From positions 992 through 64,991 of the forward strand of contig JBLIMF010000001.1 in assembly GCA_047638615.1 (NCBI GenBank): a stretch of 64,000 nt of DNA, given 5' to 3'. Every line of letters starts with the position of its first letter. Within the stretch, counting starts at the first letter, position 1. Below are positions 56,025 to 64,000 of this stretch, one piece after another. The notes below the pieces were generated by a model, which made no database searches, was not told where the DNA came from, and saw only the letters and a program-made list of their open reading frames with translations. Made by a program: the position numbers and the translations under genes. The DNA is from Gammaproteobacteria bacterium. GTDB taxonomy: Bacteria; Actinomycetota; Acidimicrobiia; Acidimicrobiales; Ilumatobacteraceae.

Positions 56025-56621
56025 TTACTTGCGTGGCTTGGCGGAGGCTGACTGCGCTTTGCGGGAGCGGTCGACTTCCTTCTTGGCGGCTTTGACAGCC
56101 TTGCGCTCGGCGCGCAGCTTGTCTTGCTCGTCGGCCGGGCGCCTCGAGGTGTCAAGCACCGTCGTGGCTTCGGACTCTTCGACCTTCGGGAGGGCCATGG
56201 TGTCGTCATTTTTCAGTAGGTCGCGAATAATCGCAGATGCCGGTGCTTCGCCAGCCACGGTGGCAGCGAGCATGATCCGGGCAACGGCGAGGCCGTGCTT
56301 CTCGACGATTGGGGGGAGCACTTCCTTGAGCTGATCGGTCGACGGGTTGTCGGCGTTGTCGCCGAGCTGTTCGATGCAAGCGGCCAGGGCGGCGTCGGAA
56401 ATGATCGCTGCGATTGCTTCCATGGTGCCGTCGATGCGGCCGGTCTTGATAGCAGCACGCACGCTGTCGACATCGAGCTCGCCCTCGACGAACGACTCGA
56501 GGCCCTCACGATGATCGTCGTCGAGCGCCTCGATGGCGGCGGCCATTTCTTCGTCGGTGGCGGCCTTGATCGAGCGATCGAGGAGACCCAGCGCCTGCAT
56601 GCGGTTCTTGACGTGATTCAC
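56025..56621 (-). CDS. Hypothetical protein with basic C-terminal tail
   Basis: Helical, protein-like ORF. GTG 56621 lies 8 nt after TAACGT. No family recognised. Confidence 0.7.
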   Translation of the reverse strand: MNHVKNRMQALGLLDRSIKAATDEEMAAAIEALDDDHREGLESFVEGELDVDSVRAAIKTGRIDGTMEAIAAIISDAALAACIEQLGDNADNPSTDQLKEVLPPIVEKHGLAVARIMLAATVAGEAPASAIIRDLLKNDDTMALPKVEESEATTVLDTSRRPADEQDKLRAERKAVKAAKKEVDRSRKAQSASAKPRK

Positions 56622-56793
56622 GGGCCGCGACGTTATCGCTGAAACATGCCGAGCAGCGCCGCTGCCTCCGCTTCCCGTCTGGATTGGTGCGCTTCTCGAC
56701 TGCTGTGTGGGCTGCAGCGTGTCGGCTGAGTCTGGAAGGTCCGGCAAGAGCCTCTTGACGATCTGGACGCGAGGGCCCCGAGCGCCTACGCTC

Positions 56794-56807
56794 TGGAAAC
56801 GCTTACA
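56794..56807. promoter_or_regulatory. LacI-family (cre-like) operator upstream of sugar ABC ATPase
   Basis: TGGAAACGCTTACA is a near-palindrome with central CG, 48 bp upstream of the ATG. Confidence 0.55.
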
Positions 56808-56855
56808 TCGTCGAGCTGCCAGAGCCCGACACAGCCGCAATCAGGGGGAATACAC

Positions 56856-58025
<1,170 letters not shown>

Positions 58026-58053
58026 TTGCACGTCTGGCGCCAGCCCTTCGAGA

Positions 58054-58690
58054 TCAAGCGGTGGGCCATTTACGGCGTTTGGCGGTGGCGACGATCGAAC
58101 CAGCAAGCGTGACGAGGGGAGCGATCGGCTGCAAGATCGCACCGAACCCCACGCTGCCGTCGCCGAAGTTTGCGGTGTCCGCAGCGATCGACACCATGGC
58201 GATGCCGACGAATAACGCAAACTTCGGCGACCACGATTGCGCTAATCGCGACAGCGAGGATGCGCCCGGCAAAGAAAAGTGCCACGCCGAGGCCTCGAGT
58301 AATGACCGCGAAGACGATCACGCCAGCACCGGGGTCCTCGTAGATCGTGAAGCCGCTGTCGAGAAAAATTCCTGTGCCGGTCTGACTGTCCCCGCCGCTG
58401 GAGATCCACGGGAGAAACATGCCGATGATGCTGATCAGCGACCCGACCATCACGAGAATCGCGCCAAGCTTGACGTCAGGCTGCGGAGGCTTTGCTGCAA
58501 CTATTCCCTGCTGGCCGGCGGAGGTTGGCGGCGCCTGACCCGCGAATTGAGCGGATGGTTGCGGTGTTGACGGTGGCGGTGTTGACGGTGGTGGTGGGAG
58601 CGCGCCTCCGAAGTCCGATGGTGGGTGAGGTGGCTCCGGGTTGCTCTGAGGCCCAAGTCTGCCCGATGGCTCCGGCCCGCCAGCGCATTC
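58054..58690 (-). pseudogene. Probable pseudogene of a Pro-rich membrane protein
   Basis: The frame is open from a Pro-rich region into TM segments but has no start codon above 58453. A frameshift near 58222-58225 joins '...AIVVA' to 'FALFVGIAM...RRKWPTA'. Confidence 0.55.
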
Positions 58691-58709
58691 CGCCGGGCCT
58701 CGCCGGTGG

Positions 58710-59804
58710 TCAGTGCGTAAATCGAGGTTTCAGCGGAGCGTGGTCGATATTCGGGAGCACGTGCTCGGCAAACAGGTCGCACTCGGCGGCATGGGTGTAG
58801 CCCGAGAGGATGAACGCGCCGATGCCAACCTCTTGGTAGGCGCGAAGTTTCGCAGCCACCTGTTCGGGATTGCCGACAATCGCAGCGCCTGCGCCGCTGC
58901 GAGCCCGACCGACGCCGGTCCAGAGGTTCTCCTCGACGAAGCCATCGTCGGCTGCAGTGTCACGCAGTGCGGCCTGACGGGCGACACCGAACGAGGCGGC
59001 ATCGAGTGACTTCTTGCGAATTGCGTCGCCGGTGTCGGCATCGAGCTTGGAAACGAGCTGTTCAGCGGCCGCCCGCGCCTCGACCTCGGTCTCACGGACG
59101 ATCACGTGGGCCCGCAGCCCGTAGATCAGCTCACGCTCGTAGGTGTCTGCTGCCAGCGTGGTCATCTCTTGCACCGTGTTGCCAACGGAGGCAACTGTGT
59201 CGGGCCACGTGAGGAACACGTCGGCTTCGGCCGCGGCGACGTCTTTGGCGGCGGGGGAAAAGCCGCCGAAGTAGAACGGTGCGCAGCTGCTTTCGGGGCT
59301 GATCAAGCGCGGCGGCTCGAGCTGGAGGTCGACGAACTTTCCGTGAAAGTCGATCGGCTCGCCGTTCAACAACTGACGGAGCACTTGCATCCATTCACGG
59401 GTTCGCTGGTAACGAGGTGCCGAGTCGAGCGCGTTGCCGGGGATGTCGGAGCTGATGATATTGATCGTCAATCGACCCTCGGCCATCTGATCGATAGTGG
59501 CGAGCTGGCGTGCCAGCTGGGGAAGATGCATTTCGCCCATACGCACGGCGAGGAGCAGGTTGATCTGCTCGGTCTGGGTAGCGATCCCGGCGGCAAACGA
59601 TGTGGAGTCGATGCCGAGCGTGTAGCCAGAGGGGAGGAGCACATTGTCAAAACCATTGCGGTCGGCGGTTTGCACGATGCTGCTGCAGTGCGCCCACGAG
59701 CTGGCGAGTGCAGGATCAGGCTGGCCGAGGAACTCGTAATCGTCGTCACACAGGGCGCCGAACCAGGAGATCTCAGGGATGTTCGGGTTGCTGACGGAAC
59801 TCAT
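58710..59804 (-). CDS. LLM-class flavin-dependent oxidoreductase (SsuD-like)
   Basis: 'LLAVR', 'ATIDQMAEGRLTINII', 'YFGGFS', 'LWTGVG', 'VGNPEQVA', 'FILSGY'. Confidence 0.88.
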   Translation of the reverse strand: MSSVSNPNIPEISWFGALCDDDYEFLGQPDPALASSWAHCSSIVQTADRNGFDNVLLPSGYTLGIDSTSFAAGIATQTEQINLLLAVRMGEMHLPQLARQLATIDQMAEGRLTINIISSDIPGNALDSAPRYQRTREWMQVLRQLLNGEPIDFHGKFVDLQLEPPRLISPESSCAPFYFGGFSPAAKDVAAAEADVFLTWPDTVASVGNTVQEMTTLAADTYERELIYGLRAHVIVRETEVEARAAAEQLVSKLDADTGDAIRKKSLDAASFGVARQAALRDTAADDGFVEENLWTGVGRARSGAGAAIVGNPEQVAAKLRAYQEVGIGAFILSGYTHAAECDLFAEHVLPNIDHAPLKPRFTH

Positions 59805-60703
59805 GGCAGTGGCACTCCTTCAGAGGCTTGGACAATCGCGTAGACGTCGGAGCGATCGAGTTGCACGTCGAGTGCCTTGGTTGACGCGGCGATGCGATCG
59901 AGGTTCTGCGAACCGACGATGGCGATCGGCTTCGACGGATGAGCGAGCACGAACGCGATTGCGATATGGCCACGCTCGACGGATTCGCGTTCGGCGAGCT
60001 GGTCGAGCACGGTAAGGAGTTCGGGTTTGACGCCGTCGCCGGTTGCCAACGAGCCACCGGCGAGCGGGCTCCAGGCAACTGGCGTGATGCCGAGCTGCAT
60101 GCACTGATCGAGCGTGCCGTCGCGCATCGGGTCGAGGTGGCTGGCGGAGAATTCGGGCTGATTTGCCACGATCGGGAAGTTGAGGTGCGCCTGCAGGGCG
60201 GCGACTTGGGCGGGGGTGTGGTTGGAGATGCCGACTTCGCGGATCTTGCCGGCGTCGCGCAGTTCGCTGAGGACGGCGGCCACGTCGGCTGGATGGGCGT
60301 ACATGTCGGGCCGGTGGATCTGGTACAAGTCGATCACATCGACACCCATCCGAGTCAGCGACGCCTCACAAGCGCTGCGCAGGTAAGCCGGCGACGAGTC
60401 GTAGGGGAGTGGCGGCATGATCCCGCCCTTGCTGGCGAGCACCATGCGATCGCGCAGTGCGGGTGCAGCGGCCAGAACGGTGCCGAGGATCTCTTCGACC
60501 TGGCCAAAACCCGTACCGCCCCAGTCGAAGCCGTACACGTCGGCGTTGTCGATCAAGTTCATCCCGGCGTCAAGTGCTGATTCAAGCACGCCCTGAGCGG
60601 CTGCAACGTCGGTGTTTGTGTACCGCCACAGCCCGAACGATAGCGGCCCAACAGCGGGCAGCGATCCGAGCGATCGCGGAGAAGCATTAACGAGAGAGGT
60701 CAC
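59801..60703 (-). CDS. Aldo/keto reductase
   Basis: 'DNADVYG', 'ASKGG', 'DLYQIHRPD', 'GISNH', 'WSPLAGG'. GTG lies 6 nt after TAGGTT. Confidence 0.9.
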   Translation of the reverse strand: MTSLVNASPRSLGSLPAVGPLSFGLWRYTNTDVAAAQGVLESALDAGMNLIDNADVYGFDWGGTGFGQVEEILGTVLAAAPALRDRMVLASKGGIMPPLPYDSSPAYLRSACEASLTRMGVDVIDLYQIHRPDMYAHPADVAAVLSELRDAGKIREVGISNHTPAQVAALQAHLNFPIVANQPEFSASHLDPMRDGTLDQCMQLGITPVAWSPLAGGSLATGDGVKPELLTVLDQLAERESVERGHIAIAFVLAHPSKPIAIVGSQNLDRIAASTKALDVQLDRSDVYAIVQASEGVPLP

Positions 60704-60770
60704 ATTTCCAACCTACCGACGCGACGCTGCTGCTGCTGCCATCAGCGCGCCGAACGAACTACCTGGACGG

Positions 60771-61679
60771 TCACTGTTTAATGGCGCCAGCCAAGATGCC
60801 GCGGATGAAGTAGCGCTGCAGCGCAAAGAAGACGACCAGCGGGAAGAAGGCTTGCACGAAACCGGCAGCGGGGAGCAGGTGTTCGTTTTGGCCGAATGCC
60901 CCAGCGAGGTTGGCAATGATAATCGTGGTGGGCCGTGCGTCGGGGTTCGTTCCGGCGAAGGTGTTGGCGATCAAGTAGTCGTTCCAGGTCCAGAGAAACT
61001 GGAAGGTGCCGAACGCTGCGAGCACCGGGATCGAGAGCGGCAGCACGAGCCGCCAGAAGATGTCGAAGTGTCCTGCTCCGTCGATACGTGCAGCTTCGAG
61101 AAGGTCACGCGGAAGGTTGGAGATGTAGCTGTGAAACAGGAACACCGCGAACGGCATGGCAAACCCGGCGTGGGTGATCCACACAGCGGAGGTTGTATTC
61201 ACCAAGTTCAGGTCGGGAACGACGGTGATGGTCTTGTTGAGCAAGGGAAGTGTGAGGTGGGCGCCGCCGACAAACATCTGGAGCAGCGGAATGAGTGCGA
61301 CCTGTAACGGCAGTGCAAGTAAGCCGATCGTTCCAATGAAGAGGACGCGGCGTCCAGGAAAGTCCATCCAGGCAAACCCGTATGCAGCAAAGGCGGCGAT
61401 CGCAATGGGGATGATGGTGGCCGGAATTGCGATCGCGAACGAGTTCAGCAGCGACTTCGTCAGCGAGTCGCGGGCTGAGAAAACCGCCTCGTAGTTGTCT
61501 CCGGTGAGATCTCCGAGCCGCAGATTCCACCAGCCGTTGCGCCGCTGAGCGTCGCGTTGACGGAATCCGCTGACGAAGAGTCCAATGGTCGGCAGCGACC
61601 AGACAGCAACGATGCTCCACAGCGCGAGCCTTGGTATCCGGCGCGCACCGTCCAAGACGGCGGTGCGCCACCGCTGCAC
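60771..61679 (-). CDS. Carbohydrate ABC transporter permease (AglG/MalG-like), paralog 2
   Basis: EAA loop 'LLEAARIDGA', 'FQFLWTWND', 'LQRYFIRGILAG'. Confidence 0.9.
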   Translation of the reverse strand: MQRWRTAVLDGARRIPRLALWSIVAVWSLPTIGLFVSGFRQRDAQRRNGWWNLRLGDLTGDNYEAVFSARDSLTKSLLNSFAIAIPATIIPIAIAAFAAYGFAWMDFPGRRVLFIGTIGLLALPLQVALIPLLQMFVGGAHLTLPLLNKTITVVPDLNLVNTTSAVWITHAGFAMPFAVFLFHSYISNLPRDLLEAARIDGAGHFDIFWRLVLPLSIPVLAAFGTFQFLWTWNDYLIANTFAGTNPDARPTTIIIANLAGAFGQNEHLLPAAGFVQAFFPLVVFFALQRYFIRGILAGAIKQ

Positions 61680-61681
61680 AT

Positions 61682-62653
61682 TTACCCCTTGACGGAACCG
61701 GCGAGCAGGCCTCGGACAAAGAAACGCTGCAGCGCGAAGAAGACGACGATCGGGAAGAACGCCTGCACAAAGCCAGCCGCAGGCAAGAGGTGTTCGTTTC
61801 GGCCGAAGTCGCCGGCCAGGTTGGCAATCAGGATCGTGGTCGGCCGCGCCTCTGGATTCGTGCCGGCGAACGTATTGGCGATGAGGAAGTCATTCCAGGT
61901 CCAGAGGAACTGGAAGATCGCGAACGCCGCAAGAACTGGGACTGACAGCGGCAGCACCAGGCGCCAAAAGATCGTGAAGTGGTCGGCACCGTCGATACGG
62001 GCGGCCTCGAAGAGATCTTTGGGTAGCCCCGAGATGTAGTTGTGCAAGAGGAAGATGGCGAACGGCAGCGCGAAGCCGCAGTGGGCAATCCACACGGCTG
62101 TGGTGGTATTCACGAGGCCGAGATCGGGGAAGATTGTGATGGTCTTGTCGATGAACGGCAGGCTGAGGCGTGCGCCACCCACGTACAGCTGCAACAGGGG
62201 AATCAGTGCCACCTGGAGGGGGATCGCCAGCAGCGCCACGGTGGCGATGAACAACGTCTTGCGACCCTTGAAGTCGATCCAAGCGAAGCCGTACGCAGCA
62301 AACGTTGCCACAGCGATGGGGATGATCGTGGCGGGGATCGTGATGGCGAACGAGTTCAACAGTGAGTCGCCAAGTGAGCCGGAGGCCGACGCACCGAACA
62401 CGGTGTCGTAGTTGTCGAAGGTCCAGTTGAACGGGTTCAGCCCGGTCCACCAACCGCTGGACCGCTGATCGTCTCGAGTACGCCATCCGCTGATGAAGAG
62501 GCCGATGGTTGGGGTTGCCCACACGGCGACGATGAACCAGAGCATGACCCGCGGGATTGCCCGGAATCCATCCATGAAGCGGCTCACGACGCCACCGTTG
62601 CGCTGGGGGTTGCCGTTTGGAGTCGTGGATTGGTCGAGTGTCGTGTCAGACAT
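61682..62653 (-). CDS. Carbohydrate ABC transporter permease (AglG/MalG-like), paralog 1
   Basis: EAA loop 'LFEAARIDGA', 'FQFLWTWND', 'LQRFFVRGLLAGSVKG'. Start at ATG 62653 after GAAGGAG. Confidence 0.92.
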   Translation of the reverse strand: MSDTTLDQSTTPNGNPQRNGGVVSRFMDGFRAIPRVMLWFIVAVWATPTIGLFISGWRTRDDQRSSGWWTGLNPFNWTFDNYDTVFGASASGSLGDSLLNSFAITIPATIIPIAVATFAAYGFAWIDFKGRKTLFIATVALLAIPLQVALIPLLQLYVGGARLSLPFIDKTITIFPDLGLVNTTTAVWIAHCGFALPFAIFLLHNYISGLPKDLFEAARIDGADHFTIFWRLVLPLSVPVLAAFAIFQFLWTWNDFLIANTFAGTNPEARPTTILIANLAGDFGRNEHLLPAAGFVQAFFPIVVFFALQRFFVRGLLAGSVKG

Positions 62654-62654
62654 C

Positions 62655-63998
62655 TCAGTTCTCCTTCTGCATGCGGCGGATGTTGCCAACCATGACCGGC
62701 ATGACCGAGATGAAGATCAGCATCGCAAGCGCGGCGCCGCGGCCGGTGTTCCGAGCGTTGAACGCCTGGTTGAACATGTCGTTCGCCAGTACCTGCGTAC
62801 CGAAGTTCGAGTTTGTCATGACCTTCACAACGTCGAAGACCTTCATGACGAGCACGATGATCGTGGTGACGACGACGCCGATCGTCGGGGCAATTTGGGG
62901 GAGTGTGACCCTCCAGAACACCTGTGAGGCAGTGGCACCGTCGACCCGGGCGGCTTCGAGGATCTCGTCGGGAACCGACTGGATTGCGGCCGACAAGATG
63001 ACCATGGCAAATCCGGTTTGGATCCAGATGAGCACGATCATCAAGAAGATGTTGTTGTACGGCGACTCCTGGATGAAGTTGATGGGGCTACTCACGATGT
63101 TGCCGGCGGTATTGGTTTCGAACCCGCCGACGCCGCCACCGATGATTCCCCAGTAGCGGATGAGGAACCAGCCGAGCAACAAACCGGCGACGCCGGGAAC
63201 GACAGCCGAGCCGTACTCTTGGCGGCCAACTGCCTTGTAGATGGCAATGGCTAGTCCGGCGAAACATGCGGTGATGAAGGCGCCCATGATGATGCGTTGC
63301 GCACTGCCATCGAGTTGTGCCCATCCCCAAGCCACAGCCCAGAGTGCACACGGCGCGATGACGATGGTGGCCAACGCCCTGGTCCATTTCTTCTTACCGA
63401 TGGCGCTGAGGACCATGGCAAAAGCGCTGAGCGCAAGCACGAAAACGAGCAACGTGGCGGCGACGCCGCGTCCGGTACTCAGGCGACCGAGACCCACCCA
63501 GAGAGCGTTGAGCACGCCCGTCTGCTCTTTCGACGAGTCTCGAGCGACGTACATGAAGCGCCAGATGACGGAGGCGCCGACGAGAGAAATCGCCATCGGC
63601 ATGAAAATCAGGGACTTGGCGGCTTTCTCGAACTGGGCACCATCGGCCAGCACGGCGACGGCAAGACCGAGCGATGTGGACACCAAGGTGACGACGACAA
63701 CCCACCAGAGGTTGTTGATAATCGTGCCCCTGGTTGTGGTGAAGAAGGCGAAGGCCAAGAAGACAATGCCGAAGACGAGCGGCCCCATGCTCGGGCTTCC
63801 CAGCTCGACCCATTTGCCGGTCCTTGTCTTCATCTTCTTGCCCACCACGACAAAGATGACGACCATCACGAGGCCGATACGCATCGGCCAGTTGAAGAAG
63901 GCATCCCAGAACCCCGAGAGGTCAAGGGACGTGGAGTCAGTGAAGGTCTCGACGTAGTTCTCGAACCACACGAAGTCTTCGCTATCGCGGCCGAAGAG
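62655..63998 (-). CDS. Carbohydrate ABC transporter permease (AglF/MalF-like), 5' partial
   Basis: 'KSLIFMPMAIS', 'WIQTGFAMVILSAA', EAA loop 'ILEAARVDGA'. The frame runs off the window end. Confidence 0.9.
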   Translation of the reverse strand, partial: LFGRDSEDFVWFENYVETFTDSTSLDLSGFWDAFFNWPMRIGLVMVVIFVVVGKKMKTRTGKWVELGSPSMGPLVFGIVFLAFAFFTTTRGTIINNLWWVVVVTLVSTSLGLAVAVLADGAQFEKAAKSLIFMPMAISLVGASVIWRFMYVARDSSKEQTGVLNALWVGLGRLSTGRGVAATLLVFVLALSAFAMVLSAIGKKKWTRALATIVIAPCALWAVAWGWAQLDGSAQRIIMGAFITACFAGLAIAIYKAVGRQEYGSAVVPGVAGLLLGWFLIRYWGIIGGGVGGFETNTAGNIVSSPINFIQESPYNNIFLMIVLIWIQTGFAMVILSAAIQSVPDEILEAARVDGATASQVFWRVTLPQIAPTIGVVVTTIIVLVMKVFDVVKVMTNSNFGTQVLANDMFNQAFNARNTGRGAALAMLIFISVMPVMVGNIRRMQKEN

Positions 63999-64000
63999 CG

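Overview
High-GC chromosomal segment from an actinobacterium, most likely Acidimicrobiia (Ilumatobacter-like). This assignment is inferred from gene content: WhiB1, PdtaS, DUF3107, DUF3090/SCO1664, class E sortase, GlnR boxes and frequent leaderless starts. The window is densely coding, with about 67 CDSs. No rRNA, tRNA, CRISPR array, transposase or prophage gene was recognised. Main blocks in order: Lhr helicase (partial), carotenoid oxygenase, TetR; a class E sortase head-to-head with a complete System I cytochrome c maturation operon (ccmABCDEFGHI, including a 44-aa ccmD missing from the ORF track); a short family A DNA polymerase; an Mrp/SufR-like/DJ-1/ArsA-pair/PdtaS/WhiB1 cluster; etfBA and a ferredoxin; a phosphomutase-DUF3090-SCO1664 operon; an orphan FrhB-like protein; a gamma-butyrobetaine/carnitine catabolic operon; two tandem amt-glnK units with GlnR boxes; a CP-ATP-grasp/alpha-E/transglutaminase operon; adaA-alkA/ogt; and a sugar ABC system with three permeases. 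The most interesting unexplained signals are non-coding. They are a dispersed ~108-bp structured element with co-varying terminal stems (19427-19532 and 55857-55965), a ~180-nt candidate ncRNA (35380-35558), and several other intergenic structured elements. Calls come from motif recognition by eye, and no database searches or folding programs were run.
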